64,000 nucleotides of DNA from a bacterium (GCA_021787535.1 JAJYLR010000001.1:492321-556320); one strand, 5' to 3'; positions 47,606 through 58,843 are shown, counted from the first letter of the stretch. Numbers and translations are program-made. The notes: generated from the letters alone by a model not told the origin.

Positions 47606-47992
47606 TTAAGTTTTTGCTGCCGGTTTTTTCCTTCCACTTCCTACAGTAACTCGCTTGCTTCTTTTAGTTCTGGAATTTGTTTTTGTCCTTTGTCCTCTCA
47701 CAGGCAAGCTAAGTTTATGTCTTAATCCTCTGTATGTGCCAACTGCTTTTAATCTCTGAATGTTTTGGCTGGTTGCTCTTCTAAGCTCACCTTCTATAGA
47801 ATAATTTTTAGTAATATAATCCCTGAGCTTTGTAATCTCCGTATCCGTCAGTTCTTTGGTGCGTTTATCGGGACTAATCCCGGTATTTACCAATATCTTT
47901 TGGCTGCGAGTCAGTCCAATGCCATAAATATACTGAAGCGATGCTTCAATTCTTTTTTCTTCCGGTATATTTACTCCTGCTATTCTTGCCAT
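47606..47992 (-). CDS. rpsM: 30S ribosomal protein S13
   Basis: MARIAGV; LPVRGQRTKTN. Confidence 0.98.
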   Translation of the reverse strand: MARIAGVNIPEEKRIEASLQYIYGIGLTRSQKILVNTGISPDKRTKELTDTEITKLRDYITKNYSIEGELRRATSQNIQRLKAVGTYRGLRHKLSLPVRGQRTKTNSRTKRSKRVTVGSGRKKPAAKT

Positions 47993-48084
47993 TTTAATTT
48001 GTTGAGATTATTATATCGCTTCGCTTGTGGGAATTGTTTTTTCGTCTCCAACGTCTCGAACAGTTCCAACAACTCTAGTATTAT

Positions 48085-48198
48085 TTATCCTTGCCTTTGT
48101 TTGTGTTTAGGATTTTCACAAATAACCCTAACCACACCTCTACGTCTGATGACCTTGCATTTTGAACAAATTTTTTTAACCCCTGCTCTAACTTTCAT
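48085..48198 (-). CDS. rpmJ: 50S ribosomal protein L36 (not in ORF track)
   Basis: [37 protein letters not shown]. Confidence 0.97.
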   Translation of the reverse strand: MKVRAGVKKICSKCKVIRRRGVVRVICENPKHKQRQG

Positions 48199-48502
48199 CT
48201 TTTATCTCTTGTGTTGGATCCGACTGATCGTCAGAACCTCCCTTGTTTTCATTATTTTCTGTTTCTTCTTGCCTTTTCGGCTTTTCCTTGTGTCTATATG
48301 TAATCCTGCCCTTTGTCAGGTCATAAGGCGTCATCTCAACCGTCACCTTGTCACCCGGCAGAATTTTTATATAATGCATTCTCATCTTCCCGGAAATATG
48401 CGCCAAAATAATATGCCCGTTCTCTAGCTCTACTTTAAACATTGCATTCGGAAGAGTTTCGAGGACGGTTCCTTCTACTTCAATTACTTCCTTTGTACTC
48501 AT
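48188..48502 (-). CDS. infA: Translation initiation factor IF-1 with acidic C-terminal extension
   Basis: [10 protein letters not shown]; SGKMR; [12 protein letters not shown]; promoter TTGTAA-17-TATAAT at 48574-48546. Confidence 0.97.
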   Translation of the reverse strand: MSTKEVIEVEGTVLETLPNAMFKVELENGHIILAHISGKMRMHYIKILPGDKVTVEMTPYDLTKGRITYRHKEKPKRQEETENNENKGGSDDQSDPTQEIKDES

Positions 48503-48587
48503 TGCCTAAAAATTTCCTTTATCTGATTTTCGTGCGCTAAACATTATTATACATGAAAGCGCATTAAATTACAACATTTTTTTAATA

Positions 48588-49898
48588 CTAAACAATTTCC
48601 TCATAGCTTCTGGTAATAATCTGGGCTTTCAGCTGGTTTGCTATCTCTATGGCTACTGCAACTACGATCAATATACCGGTACCGCCGATAGCTATATTCT
48701 GATCGGCAGCAAAAAATATTCTCATGACAAATGGAAAGACAGCAATAATACTAAGAAATATTGCCCCCCAAAGAGTCACTCTCATAATTAGGTAACTCAA
48801 ATATTTTTCTGTTTGTGTTCCCGGCCTGATTCCCGGAATAAAACCCCCTTGCTTTTGCAGATTTTCGGCTACATCTTTGGGTTTGAAGTATAGGAATGTC
48901 GAGAAAAAGGTAAAACCGAAGATCAAAACAAAATATAGTACTGCATAAGATATAGTCGTGGTTGCAAAGGTGGTTTTAATAAAGTCGGCAGCATTTTTAA
49001 CCCACATAGTCTTTGCGTTTGATAAAAATCCGATTACCTGAGGTATATTCATGAATGCCCCGGCAAAGATAATCGGAATCACTCCTGCCATATTAAGCCG
49101 AAGCGGCAGATGAGTATCTATACCGCCGTAGAGCTTTGTGCCGCGCATCCTTTTGGCATAGGAAATCGGTACCTTTCTTTTAGCTTCTGTAATAAAGACA
49201 ATAGCCGCCACCATCACAAGCGCCAGAACTGTTATCCCGCCATATTTCACGACAGATGCTGTATCAAAACTACCGCTCGAAAAAATATTTGATACGGCAT
49301 TTCCAACATATTGAGGAAGCCGTGCGATAATACCGGCAAAGATAATAATAGAAATACCATTTCCTAAACCTTTTTCCGTTACGAGTTCTCCTAACCACAT
49401 CAGAAAGAGCGTACCGGCGGTAATAGATAAGAGCATTATAAACCACCCGAAAATATTCACATGGGCAAGCAAGGTTTTATTGCTTACGTTATTAAGCAAG
49501 GTGATCATACCGAATCCTTCAATAAAACACAGCGGAACAGTCAGATATCGCATATACTGATTCAACTTTTTTCTATCCTCAGTGTCTTTGTTCATCTCCT
49601 CGAACTTTGGAAAGACAATTGTGAGAAGCTGTATCATAATTGAAGCGGTAATGTATGGGCCGAGCCCCATCAGTGCAACCGAAAATCTTGATGTTCCTCC
49701 TCCGGAGAACAAATCAAATAAAGGAAATAGGCTATTTTTGGAAGAAAATGCCTGATTAAAAAAGTTTTTTAGATCATCTGTTGACGGCCCGGGTATCGGG
49801 ATATGGGAAAAAACTCTAAAGATAACAAGTATAAAAAGAATAAATAAAATCTTTTTGATAAGATCTTTGTTTTTTAAGACTTTTATCCAGTAGTTCAT
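48588..49898 (-). CDS. secY: Preprotein translocase SecY
   Basis: PYITASI; GLGNGIS; GVIPIIFA; FIPGIRPG. Confidence 0.98.
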   Translation of the reverse strand: MNYWIKVLKNKDLIKKILFILFILVIFRVFSHIPIPGPSTDDLKNFFNQAFSSKNSLFPLFDLFSGGGTSRFSVALMGLGPYITASIMIQLLTIVFPKFEEMNKDTEDRKKLNQYMRYLTVPLCFIEGFGMITLLNNVSNKTLLAHVNIFGWFIMLLSITAGTLFLMWLGELVTEKGLGNGISIIIFAGIIARLPQYVGNAVSNIFSSGSFDTASVVKYGGITVLALVMVAAIVFITEAKRKVPISYAKRMRGTKLYGGIDTHLPLRLNMAGVIPIIFAGAFMNIPQVIGFLSNAKTMWVKNAADFIKTTFATTTISYAVLYFVLIFGFTFFSTFLYFKPKDVAENLQKQGGFIPGIRPGTQTEKYLSYLIMRVTLWGAIFLSIIAVFPFVMRIFFAADQNIAIGGTGILIVVAVAIEIANQLKAQIITRSYEEIV

Positions 49899-49952
49899 TT
49901 ATTGCCTATCAATTACTAATTAAAACAAATCCGCGAATTAATATACCAGATG

Positions 49953-50426
49953 TTATTCTGTTTTTTCGTTCTTTCGGTCTTTTGTTGATTGGCGCTTAGC
50001 CAATTTATTAACCTTGCCGCCTTTTTTCACAATCTCTTTTTCTGCCTTTTCCGAAATATGCTCAACTGATACTTCTACTGCTTTATCAAGCTTACCGTTT
50101 GCCAAAACTTTAACCGGTAACTTGGTATTCTCAATAATTCCTTTTTCGAGAAGTTTTTCTTTGGTGACTTTGCCGCTGAACTGGTTTAAATCAGACAGAT
50201 TGACAACTTGATTTTTGGGCCGGCGGGACTTGAATCCTTTAAGCTTGGGTACTCTCTGAATAAGCGGCATCTGGCCTCCTTCGAAACCAACTCTCACCTT
50301 GCCGCCGGATCTTGATTTCTGGCCCTTTGTACCTCGTCCGGAGGTTTTCCCCAAACCGCTTCCTATACCTCTGCCAACCCTTTTGCTTGTTTTGCTTTTA
50401 ATACTGGATAGTCCGTGTAGATTCAT
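49953..50426 (-). CDS. rplO: 50S ribosomal protein L15
   Basis: RVGRGIGSG; GFEGGQMPL. Confidence 0.98.
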   Translation of the reverse strand: MNLHGLSSIKSKTSKRVGRGIGSGLGKTSGRGTKGQKSRSGGKVRVGFEGGQMPLIQRVPKLKGFKSRRPKNQVVNLSDLNQFSGKVTKEKLLEKGIIENTKLPVKVLANGKLDKAVEVSVEHISEKAEKEIVKKGGKVNKLAKRQSTKDRKNEKTE

Positions 50427-51010
50427 TTTTTACCTTTCGCTTTTTCCTTAGATTTAACGGTTTTTTTTGCCTTGCTTTCCGTTTCTTTTTTCGTTTTAAC
50501 TGCTTCCGGCTTTTGTTTTTTCTCTTTTTTTAATGCTTGCCCTTCTCTTTCTGATAAGCTTTTTAATGCCTCGAAAGTTGCATAAACGTTATTAATCTTG
50601 TTTGATGACCCGATCATCTTAGACAGGATGTCTGTAATACCGGACACCTCAACTACCGCCCTTACCGCGCCGCCGGCTATCACACCCGTACCGGGATGCG
50701 CCGGTTTCAAGAATACTTTAGCGCCGCAATATTCTTTCATAACCTCATGAGGAATACTAGTTTCGTGAATGTTGATAGTCACCAAGTTTTTCTTTGCCTG
50801 CGCCACAGCTTTTTGAATAGCCAAAACCACCTGAGAAGCTTTAGCGACTCCCACACCAACTCTGCCTTTTCTATCGCCGATAACAACAGTAGCTCGAAAT
50901 CTAAGCCGCCGGCCGCCTTTTACCACTCTCGTGACACGATCAATTTGGACAACCTTTTCTTCAAACTCCTTCGGTTCTCTTTCAAATGTTCTGCGTATAT
51001 TTTCTGCCAT
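50423..51010 (-). CDS. rpsE: 30S ribosomal protein S5
   Basis: RVVKGGRR; GTGVIAGG. Confidence 0.98.
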   Translation of the reverse strand: MAENIRRTFEREPKEFEEKVVQIDRVTRVVKGGRRLRFRATVVIGDRKGRVGVGVAKASQVVLAIQKAVAQAKKNLVTINIHETSIPHEVMKEYCGAKVFLKPAHPGTGVIAGGAVRAVVEVSGITDILSKMIGSSNKINNVYATFEALKSLSEREGQALKKEKKQKPEAVKTKKETESKAKKTVKSKEKAKGKK

Positions 51011-51034
51011 ATTATTTTTCCTAATTTTATGCTG

Positions 51035-51391
51035 CTAAAATTCTAATCCGCTTTCACGAGCGCCTTCTGCTATAGCTTTAACTCTTCCGTGATAAAGCTT
51101 GCCTCCGCGATCAAAGACGGCTTTTCTAATATTTTTCGCCTTGGCTCTCTGTCCTAATGTCTTTCCTATCTGCTTTGCAACTTCGGCTTTGGTCCCGGCG
51201 ATTTTCTTTGTCCCTTTCTCATAGTCACTAGCTGAAACAAGAGTTTTACCTGTGGTGTCATCAATAATCTGGGCAAAGATATGCTTGTTCGACGAAAAAA
51301 CAGAAATACGCGGACACTTGCTTGTGCCATATATTTTAAATCTGACTCTTCTTTTTCTGGATTGCCTGTTTTGGACTTTTTTGCTTTTCAT
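51035..51391 (-). CDS. rplR: 50S ribosomal protein L18
   Basis: VFDRGG.LYHGRV. Confidence 0.97.
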   Translation of the reverse strand: MKSKKVQNRQSRKRRVRFKIYGTSKCPRISVFSSNKHIFAQIIDDTTGKTLVSASDYEKGTKKIAGTKAEVAKQIGKTLGQRAKAKNIRKAVFDRGGKLYHGRVKAIAEGARESGLEF

Positions 51392-51438
51392 TTTTATTCC
51401 TTAGTAACTCACTAACTTCAAACTTATAAACTAATGTG

Positions 51439-51975
51439 CTATTTGCCTGCCGCTTTTCCGGCTTTTCTCTTTATTACTTCATCTGAATACCTTATACCCT
51501 TGCCTTTATAAGGTTCTGGTTTTCTGACTTTTCTAATATCAGCAGCAAACTGGCCGACACACTGTTTATCGCTTCCTGATATGGTGATAGTGTTTTTCTG
51601 GACCTTTGTTTCCAAACCTTCAGGAACAGCCATTTCCACAGGTTTGTTATAGCCCATATGCAAAACAAGTTTTCTTCCATCCACCGCAGCTCTATAACCC
51701 GTTCCTTTAAACTCTAATTTTTTATCAAAACCTTCACTCACACCTTGTACCATATTAGCGATTAATGTCCTGGTTAAACCCCACATGGCACCGGCTTCTT
51801 TAGTATCTTCTTTTTTGGAAACTAGAATTTGGTTTTCTGAAACTTTGACGTCTACTTTTTTGTTTTTAACAAAATTAAGCTCGCCTTTGGGGCCTTTGAC
51901 CGAAATTTGGCTGCCCGAAAGACTAACGCTCACCCCTTCTTTAATTTCTATTGGTAGTTTTCCTATTCTTGACAT
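51439..51975 (-). CDS. rplF: 50S ribosomal protein L6
   Basis: MSRIGK; PEPYKGKGIRY. Confidence 0.98.
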   Translation of the reverse strand: MSRIGKLPIEIKEGVSVSLSGSQISVKGPKGELNFVKNKKVDVKVSENQILVSKKEDTKEAGAMWGLTRTLIANMVQGVSEGFDKKLEFKGTGYRAAVDGRKLVLHMGYNKPVEMAVPEGLETKVQKNTITISGSDKQCVGQFAADIRKVRKPEPYKGKGIRYSDEVIKRKAGKAAGK

Positions 51976-52006
51976 TTTAAATTTCCTAATCTCTCATTTA
52001 TCTCAC

Positions 52007-52393
52007 TTAATATATCGTACAAATTATTTCACCGCCAAGCCCTAGTTTTTTTGCCTCTGATCCTGCCATTACTCCTTTTGAGGTAGAAACAATAACCATC
52101 CCCATTCCCTGCAGAACAGTCGGAATATCACTCTTTTTCGTATAGACTCTGCATCCGGGTTTGGAAACTCTTTCAATCTTTTTCGGCTGTTTTTGGCCGG
52201 CTGAAAGCATCACTTCTATATAACCGGACTCTTCTTTAGACACGCTAAAATCTTGAATATATTCCTTCCTCTTCATCACGTTAAGAACATCTCTTTTAAG
52301 TCGAGAGTCAGGTACAAGAACGCTTTTCTTTTCAACCATATAAGCGTTTCTTATTCGTGTTAACATATCTGCTATTGGATCATTTACTGCCAT
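52007..52393 (-). CDS. rpsH: 30S ribosomal protein S8
   Basis: DPIADMLTRIRNA; STSKG; GGE. Confidence 0.98.
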   Translation of the reverse strand: MAVNDPIADMLTRIRNAYMVEKKSVLVPDSRLKRDVLNVMKRKEYIQDFSVSKEESGYIEVMLSAGQKQPKKIERVSKPGCRVYTKKSDIPTVLQGMGMVIVSTSKGVMAGSEAKKLGLGGEIICTIY

Positions 52394-52405
52394 ATTTTTC
52401 TCCTT

Positions 52406-52591
52406 TTACCAACTTGATTTTGTTACGCCTGGTATTTCACCCTTATTTGCCATTTCTCTAAAACAAATACGGCAAAGCTCAAACTGCCTCATATATCCCC
52501 TGGGTCTTCCGCAAGCTTTACATCTGGCAACCTTTCGAGTTGAATGTTTAGGTTTTCTCTCTGATTTTACTACTAACGCTTTTTTTGCCAT
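52406..52591 (-). CDS. rpsN: 30S ribosomal protein S14 (zinc-binding type Z)
   Basis: RCKACGR; LCRICFRE; SSW. Confidence 0.97.
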   Translation of the reverse strand: MAKKALVVKSERKPKHSTRKVARCKACGRPRGYMRQFELCRICFREMANKGEIPGVTKSSW

Positions 52592-52599
52592 ATCTTCTC

Positions 52600-53139
52600 C
52601 TATTTTTTAAAAGGAAATCCCATATTGCTTAATAATTCTTTTGCTTCTTCATCCGTTTCAGCTGTAGTTTTAATATTAATCTGGATGCTAAAGGGATGCG
52701 GGAATTTATCATACGGTACCTCAGGGAAAATGCCGTGATCTTTGATCCCTAAACTGTAGTTTCCATGACCGTCAAATGCACCTGTTTTTAAACCTCTGAA
52801 GTCTCGAACACGCGGCAATGCGATGCTTATAAGGCGATCAAGAAAATCATACATCTTTTCGCCTCTTAAGGTCACTTTAGCGCCTATTTCCATCTCTTCT
52901 CGTATCTTAAACCCGGCAATTGACTTTTTAGCTTTAGTTTTGACCGGCGCCTGACCGGTAATAATTTTTAATCCTTCAATCACATCGTCCAATTCTTTTG
53001 AATCTTTAGCCCCCCGCCCGACTCCGGCATTAATAAAAACACAGTCGATTTTCGGAATCTGCATAACATTCTTATAACCAAACTGGCTTTTCAGTTTGTC
53101 TTTAATTTCTTTTTTATATAAATCTAATGTTTGTGACAT
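52600..53139 (-). CDS. rplE: 50S ribosomal protein L5
   Basis: ITGQ.P; LPRVRDFRG. Confidence 0.98.
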   Translation of the reverse strand: MSQTLDLYKKEIKDKLKSQFGYKNVMQIPKIDCVFINAGVGRGAKDSKELDDVIEGLKIITGQAPVKTKAKKSIAGFKIREEMEIGAKVTLRGEKMYDFLDRLISIALPRVRDFRGLKTGAFDGHGNYSLGIKDHGIFPEVPYDKFPHPFSIQINIKTTAETDEEAKELLSNMGFPFKK

Positions 53140-53152
53140 ATCTAAATCCCAA

Positions 53153-53473
53153 TTAACTTAATAACTCTTTGCCGCATTTTCTGCAGATTCTCTCTTTATT
53201 TCCGTTTTTTAAAACTTTAAAACCAACTTTGTTTGATTTGTTGCAACCCGGACAAATGACCTGAATGTTTGAAATATCAACCGGAGATGCCTTTTCAACA
53301 ATACCTCCCTGCGGGTTTGACGAATTGCCTTTGACTGCTTTTTTCATAACATTGATGCCTTCTACGATTGCCTTTTTTTCTTTTGGCATCACAGTTAAAA
53401 CTTTGCCGGATTTTCCTCGATCTTTCCCCGTCAAGATGTAAACTTTATCTCCTTTTTTGATTTTTACTTTCAT
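53153..53473 (-). CDS. rplX: 50S ribosomal protein L24
   Basis: KKGDKV..GKDRGK. Confidence 0.97.
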   Translation of the reverse strand: MKVKIKKGDKVYILTGKDRGKSGKVLTVMPKEKKAIVEGINVMKKAVKGNSSNPQGGIVEKASPVDISNIQVICPGCNKSNKVGFKVLKNGNKERICRKCGKELLS

Positions 53474-53508
53474 TTTTATTCCTAAATTCCTAATTACTTA
53501 ACTTCTAG

Positions 53509-53877
53509 CTAAAGCACTTCCGGAGCCAGAGAGACAATTTTCATATAGCCTTTTTCTCGCAGTTCTCTTGCTACCGGCCCGAAAATCCTGGTTCCTCGTG
53601 GCTGCCCGTCTTTATTGATGATAACTGCTGCATTATCGTCAAATCTGATAGTTGACCCATCTTTTCTTCTATAACCGCTTCTGGCTCTGACTACTACCGC
53701 CCGCACTACTTCCTTTTTCTTAACCGTGCCTTGCGGAATAGCGGTTTTTACACTGCAGGTAATGATATCGCCCACTCGAGCATATCTTCGCCTTGTGCCG
53801 CCAAGAACCTTGATGCACATTATCTCCTTTGCACCAGTGTTATCAGCCACTTTTAACTTTGTTTGCATCTGTATCAT
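53509..53877 (-). CDS. rplN: 50S ribosomal protein L14
   Basis: VADNTGAK; [13 protein letters not shown]. Confidence 0.98.
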   Translation of the reverse strand: MIQMQTKLKVADNTGAKEIMCIKVLGGTRRRYARVGDIITCSVKTAIPQGTVKKKEVVRAVVVRARSGYRRKDGSTIRFDDNAAVIINKDGQPRGTRIFGPVARELREKGYMKIVSLAPEVL

Positions 53878-54125
53878 TTCTTACTTCCTTTTTCTTCTAT
53901 AACTTTCCATCTTTTGTTTTTGCTCTCCGGCTTTGTTTCCTGAATTTCGACAATGTCTCCTTCTTTATGTCCCAGAGTGTCTGCCGCCATGAATTTAGTC
54001 GAAACCTTATATTGTTTACGATAAATAGGATGAGTTTTGACTCTGTCAACTCTAACAACTACGGTTTTATCTTGTTTTGCGGAAACAACTGTTCCTTTTA
54101 ATATTCTGGTCATTTTTTCTCTCAT
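53874..54125 (-). CDS. rpsQ: 30S ribosomal protein S17
   Basis: GTVVS..DKTVVV; HPIY.K. Confidence 0.96.
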   Translation of the reverse strand: MREKMTRILKGTVVSAKQDKTVVVRVDRVKTHPIYRKQYKVSTKFMAADTLGHKEGDIVEIQETKPESKNKRWKVIEEKGSKK

Positions 54126-54168
54126 TCTTTGAATAACTCCGACCGAAGCGTCGGAGCTTCATTATTAA

Positions 54169-54396
54169 TTATTTCTTAATTTCCTTATCTGCCTTGTTTT
54201 CTTCTGATACCAACTCTCTCTGCCTTTTGACTGTCAAAGCTTTTGCGATATCTTTCTTGATAGACCTAAGCTCACGAACTTTGTTCGATTCCTTGGTTCT
54301 TACGTCAAATGACAGTTTAAGCAATTTGCCTTTGGAATCGTTGATAAACTTATCCAGTTCCTTGTCTTTTTTCTCTGCTATTTCTTTAATCTTCAT
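54169..54396 (-). CDS. rpmC: 50S ribosomal protein L29
   Basis: KKDIAKALT; position between rplP and rpsQ. Confidence 0.88.
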   Translation of the reverse strand: MKIKEIAEKKDKELDKFINDSKGKLLKLSFDVRTKESNKVRELRSIKKDIAKALTVKRQRELVSEENKADKEIKK

Positions 54397-54817
54397 TTTT
54401 TACCTCTTGAATAGTCTTCATTACTACCTTTGTCTTCATAGGCAGCTTATGTGAAGCCAGTCGCAGAGCTTCCTTGGCCGCTTCTTCGCTGATACCATCC
54501 ATTTCGAAAATTATTCTTCCCGGCTTTACAGTATAAACGAAATGATCAGGTGAACCTTTGCCTTTTCCCATGCCAACTTCGTTTGGTTTTTTTGTAACCG
54601 GCTTATCGGGAAACACTCTAATCCAGATCTTGCCGCCGCGTTTGACTGATCTTGTCATTGCCCTCCTTGCTGCTTCAATCTGTCTTGAATTCAGCCAAGC
54701 AGGTTCAGTGGCCTTCAGCCCGTATCGGCCAAATGAAATTTCATTGCCTCTCGTGGATTTGCCGGTTTGAGGATTTTTTTGGCTTTTTCTAAATTTTGTC
54801 TTTTTCGGCATTAACAT
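54386..54817 (-). CDS. rplP: 50S ribosomal protein L16
   Basis: QIEAARRA; MGKGKG. Confidence 0.98.
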   Translation of the reverse strand: MLMPKKTKFRKSQKNPQTGKSTRGNEISFGRYGLKATEPAWLNSRQIEAARRAMTRSVKRGGKIWIRVFPDKPVTKKPNEVGMGKGKGSPDHFVYTVKPGRIIFEMDGISEEAAKEALRLASHKLPMKTKVVMKTIQEVKNED

Positions 54818-55470
54818 TATTTTTTCTCTCCGGCTTTATTCCTAGTAACTGAACCGTCATAAATCCAAACTTTTATACCTATCACTCCATATGTTGTGTT
54901 TGCTTCAGCTGTGCCATAGGCAATGTCTGTGCGAATGGTTTGCAAGGGAATTTTTCCTTCTGAGGTAAACTCGCTTCTGGCAATTTCGGCTCCATTTAAT
55001 CTTCCCGAAACCATTACCTTCACTCCTTTAGCTCCGGCTTTAAGCGCTTTATCAACCGCCTGTTTTATAGCCCTTTTATAAGCCATTCTTCTCTCAAGCT
55101 GTGAGGCAATATTCTCAGCAACCAGCTTTGGATTAATCTCCGGATTTCTAATTTCTTCAATATTGATATCTTTTACTTGACCTTTAACTATTTTCTGAAG
55201 GTTTTTCTTGAGTTCCTGAGCTCCTGATCCTCCGCGACCAATCAAAACTCCGGGCCTTGAGGTATAAATATTTAGAGAAACCTGGTTTGCATTTCTTTCT
55301 ATTTCAACTCGAGCTACGCCTGCTTTTCGCCCCAGGTTTTTCATAATAAAGTTTCTAAGCTTAATATCCTCATGCAACTTTTGAGAATAATCTTTATCAG
55401 CATACCATTTGCTTGACCAGTCTTTGGATACTTGCAATCTAAAACTTATTGGACTAACTTTATGACCCAT
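54817..55470 (-). CDS. rpsC: 30S ribosomal protein S3
   Basis: MGHKV.P; [10 protein letters not shown]; [10 protein letters not shown]. Confidence 0.98.
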   Translation of the reverse strand: MGHKVSPISFRLQVSKDWSSKWYADKDYSQKLHEDIKLRNFIMKNLGRKAGVARVEIERNANQVSLNIYTSRPGVLIGRGGSGAQELKKNLQKIVKGQVKDINIEEIRNPEINPKLVAENIASQLERRMAYKRAIKQAVDKALKAGAKGVKVMVSGRLNGAEIARSEFTSEGKIPLQTIRTDIAYGTAEANTTYGVIGIKVWIYDGSVTRNKAGEKK

Positions 55471-55904
55471 TACTTACCTTCCTCCACTTTTACTTTTGCC
55501 GTCTTTTTTACATTTTCTTTTTTATCATTAACACTATCTTTTTTGTTTTCCGCTGTTTTTTTAACCGGCTTTTCCTTACCTTCCAGAACGATAGTTACAT
55601 GAGAAGTCCTCTTTCTTATTGCGCTTGCCATACCTCTGGCACGGGGACGGTGGCGTTTCAATGTCGGCCCTTCGTCTATCATAATCGTTGAAATCAAAAG
55701 ATCTTTTTTATCCATGCCGTGATTATTTTCAGCATTGGCAACGGCTGACTTTAAAGTTTTTTCTATAAGTCTGGCCGCCTTTTTAGGAGTAAATTTCAAA
55801 ATATCAAAGGCACGGTTAGTGTTTTCCCCTCTAACCATATCAGCGACCAATCTTGTTTTTCTTGCTGAAATTCTATTGTATTTTGATACTGCTTTAACTT
55901 TCAT
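55470..55904 (-). CDS. rplV: 50S ribosomal protein L22
   Basis: SAVANAENN; RPRARG; KRTSHVT. Confidence 0.98.
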   Translation of the reverse strand: MKVKAVSKYNRISARKTRLVADMVRGENTNRAFDILKFTPKKAARLIEKTLKSAVANAENNHGMDKKDLLISTIMIDEGPTLKRHRPRARGMASAIRKRTSHVTIVLEGKEKPVKKTAENKKDSVNDKKENVKKTAKVKVEEGK

Positions 55905-55951
55905 CTTCTTAATTTAATCCTTAGTAACTTACCAACTTATGAACTTATGAA

Positions 55952-56230
55952 CTACTTCCCCTTTGCTTGTTCTTTAGCCATTTTACCGCCATGCCCTCTA
56001 AACTTTCTAGTCGGCGCAAACTCGCCAAGCTTATGTCCTACCATATCTTCAGTCACAAAAACCTGCACATGAATTTTACCGTTATGGACTCCAAAAGTAT
56101 GTCCTACCATTTCAGGAGAAATACTGGATCTTCTGGCCCATGTTTTAATGATTTTTTTGTCTGCATTAGCAAGAACCTTCTTCAATAATTTTTCGTCCAC
56201 ATAAGGACCTTTTTTAAGCGATCTAGACAT
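55952..56230 (-). CDS. rpsS: 30S ribosomal protein S19
   Basis: MSRSLKKGP; [11 protein letters not shown]. Confidence 0.98.
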   Translation of the reverse strand: MSRSLKKGPYVDEKLLKKVLANADKKIIKTWARRSSISPEMVGHTFGVHNGKIHVQVFVTEDMVGHKLGEFAPTRKFRGHGGKMAKEQAKGK

Positions 56231-56283
56231 TCTTCTTCTGCTCCTTTTTGGAAATTGTTAATTGGAAATCGATCATTTTCAAC

Positions 56284-57111
56284 CTACCTCTTCCTTCCTC
56301 TAACTATCATTTTTGATGACCGTGCTTTTCTGTTTCTGGTTTTAAATCCAAGCGCGGGCATCCCCCAAGGAGTCTTTGGATGAACCAAACCGATATCTGT
56401 TCCGCCTTCACCGCCTCCATGAGGGTGATCAACCGGATTCATAGCTTTACCGCGAACAGTCGGACGAATACCCATATGCCTTTTTCTTCCGGCTTTTCCG
56501 ACTTTGATATTTTTGTGTTCCGGATTTGAAACCTCGCCAACCTGTGCCAAACATTCTTTCAGAACAAGCCGTTGTTCACCTGAGGGAAGCTTCACTTGAA
56601 CATACTTGCCTTCTTTTGCCATAAGCTGAGCTCGCGCCCCAGCACTTCGAGCTAACTGCCCGCCTTTACCGGGGATAAGTTCGATATTATATATTACGGT
56701 ACCAACAGGAATGTCTTTTAGCGACATGCGATTGCCGCTTCTCACATCAGCTTTTTCACCGGCCATTATTTTTTTGCCGACACGAGCATTTTTCGGCGCT
56801 ATCATATAAAATTTCCCGCCGCCTGTTTTCTCTACAAGAGCAATACGGGCATTTCTGTTCGGGTCATACTCAATAGCCGTGATTTTTCCTTCGATATTGC
56901 CTGTCATCTTAAAGTCAATAATGCGATATTTCCTCTTTGCTCCTCCACCTCTGTGCCTTACTGTAATTTTACCTTGAGCGTTACGGCCGGCTTTTTTCTT
57001 TATCACAGTAACTAAAGATTTTTCCGGTTTCTTTTTGGTAATATCCAAAAAGTCGTCCATACTCATCTTTCTTCTTGCATTGGTTGTAGGTTTTACAAAC
57101 TTTACTGCCAT
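56284..57111 (-). CDS. rplB: 50S ribosomal protein L2
   Basis: EYDPNR; [13 protein letters not shown]. Confidence 0.98.
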   Translation of the reverse strand: MAVKFVKPTTNARRKMSMDDFLDITKKKPEKSLVTVIKKKAGRNAQGKITVRHRGGGAKRKYRIIDFKMTGNIEGKITAIEYDPNRNARIALVEKTGGGKFYMIAPKNARVGKKIMAGEKADVRSGNRMSLKDIPVGTVIYNIELIPGKGGQLARSAGARAQLMAKEGKYVQVKLPSGEQRLVLKECLAQVGEVSNPEHKNIKVGKAGRKRHMGIRPTVRGKAMNPVDHPHGGGEGGTDIGLVHPKTPWGMPALGFKTRNRKARSSKMIVRGRKR

Positions 57112-57396
57112 TTAAATCCCCTTAAACTCCTCAATCTTATCGCCTTTCTTAACAGTCACATATGCTTTCTTAAAATCCGATCTTTTGCCAAACTTTCTTC
57201 CTACTCTTTTTACCTTACCTTTCATAACAACTGTTTGAATATTTACAACTGTGACTTTAAAAAGTTTCTCAATTGCCTTTGCTATTTCAATCTTATTCGC
57301 ACGGCTATCTACCACAAAAACATATTTTCCTTCCTCAGCTTTTGCAAAACTTTTCTCGCTTATAACCGGCCTTTTTAAAATTTTTGTTGTTTCCAT
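57112..57396 (-). CDS. rplW: 50S ribosomal protein L23
   Basis: PVISEKS; KKAYVT. Confidence 0.97.
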   Translation of the reverse strand: METTKILKRPVISEKSFAKAEEGKYVFVVDSRANKIEIAKAIEKLFKVTVVNIQTVVMKGKVKRVGRKFGKRSDFKKAYVTVKKGDKIEEFKGI

Positions 57397-58013
57397 TATT
57401 TATCCCCCTTAACTGATCCTAAAGAATTGCCTAAAAATACAATCTTTTTAGCCCAAAGCACATCGTAAACATTCATATTTTTCTTTACGCAAACCTTTAC
57501 TCCGGTTTTTAAATTCCTTAAACTTTTAGTAATTTTTTCATCTGATTCTTCTGTTACAACTAATACATTTCTGTCTAACCCTATTTTTTTAAATAAATCA
57601 GCAAATACCTTTGTAGAAGGTTTTTCAAGCTTTATTGCCTTTATCGCCAGGATATCTTCGTTTTTCTTCGTTGCAAGGGCCGCGGCCAGTGCGGCCTGGG
57701 CTTTCTTCTTTGGCATTTTCAGTTTGAAGCTTTGCTCGCCGGTCGGGCCAAATGTCACTCCGCCTCCGCGCCAAATAGGTGATCGGTTTGATCCTGCTCT
57801 GGCTCTGCCTGTGCCTTTCTGCCTCCACGGCTTCTTGCCTCCGCCTGAAACTTCGGACCTGTCAAGCGTGTTGGCCGGAGCTTGTCTTTTATTGGATGAA
57901 ATAATATAAACTGCCTCGGTCACAAGAGCCGGGTTGACTTTCCCGTCAAAAAGTTTGGTATTTAAACTTTCTGCCGTCTTTTTCCCTGTTTTATCGTAAA
58001 CTGCTACTTTCAT
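57396..58013 (-). CDS. rplD: 50S ribosomal protein L4
   Basis: KPWRQKGTGRARAGS. Confidence 0.98.
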   Translation of the reverse strand: MKVAVYDKTGKKTAESLNTKLFDGKVNPALVTEAVYIISSNKRQAPANTLDRSEVSGGGKKPWRQKGTGRARAGSNRSPIWRGGGVTFGPTGEQSFKLKMPKKKAQAALAAALATKKNEDILAIKAIKLEKPSTKVFADLFKKIGLDRNVLVVTEESDEKITKSLRNLKTGVKVCVKKNMNVYDVLWAKKIVFLGNSLGSVKGDK

Positions 58014-58092
58014 CTTACAATGTTTGAATTGTTGGATCGCTTCGCTTGCAGAAATTGTTTGTTTTCACCTTCCAACATTTCTTTCAACTCCT

Positions 58093-58698
58093 TCAATTAC
58101 AACTTCTTATTAAAAGTAATGACTTTTTAGGCCCTGGTACGGCACCTCGAATAGCTAGAATGTTGTTTTCTTTATCTACTTTGCCAACTTTCAGGTTTTT
58201 CACTGTAACGCGAGAATGCCCCATCTGGCCCGGCATCTTCATTCCTTTGAAAACATGTTGGGGATACATAGCGCCGATCGAACCCGGTTTTCGCTGATTT
58301 CTGGAACCATGTGTCATGGGTCCGCGATGGAAACCATGTCTTTTGATGGTTCCGGCGAAACCCTTGCCCTTGCTTAATCCTGAAACGTTTATCTTCTCTC
58401 CTTCATCAAAAATATTGCAGGTTATTTCATCTCCGACTTTTATGTTTTCTGTGTTTATTTTAACTTCCTGCAAATATTTTGATTGTGATTTTGATGTTTT
58501 AAGATGCCCTTTTAAGGGTTTGGAAATCTTTTTAGCCAATCCAAAACCAATCTGTACGGCCTCATATCCATCTTTGTCCATAGACTTAATCTGGGTCACT
58601 GTGCAAGGTCCTGCTTCAACCAAAGTAATAGGAACTATTTCACCGCTTTCTGCGAAATAGTTTGTCATACCTATTTTCCTAGCCAATATCGCCTTCAT
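58093..58698 (-). CDS. rplC: 50S ribosomal protein L3
   Basis: KIGMT; SKGKGFAG; start at MKAIL. Confidence 0.98.
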   Translation of the reverse strand: MKAILARKIGMTNYFAESGEIVPITLVEAGPCTVTQIKSMDKDGYEAVQIGFGLAKKISKPLKGHLKTSKSQSKYLQEVKINTENIKVGDEITCNIFDEGEKINVSGLSKGKGFAGTIKRHGFHRGPMTHGSRNQRKPGSIGAMYPQHVFKGMKMPGQMGHSRVTVKNLKVGKVDKENNILAIRGAVPGPKKSLLLIRSCN

Positions 58699-58805
58699 TT
58701 TTCCAGACAAAAAAAACGTTTTCGACACATGGATAGTTTCCCTAAGGACTTTTCCATACCCCGACGGTTAAATATTCATTCCGTTATATTGCAATAACTT
58801 AAAAG

Positions 58806-58834
58806 ATTATAAGGCTTCTCACACTAAAAGTCAA
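58806..58834 (-). promoter_or_regulatory. sigma70-type promoter for the rplC-led operon
   Basis: TTGACT-17-TATAAT. Confidence 0.8.
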
Positions 58835-58843
58835 CTCTAAAAC

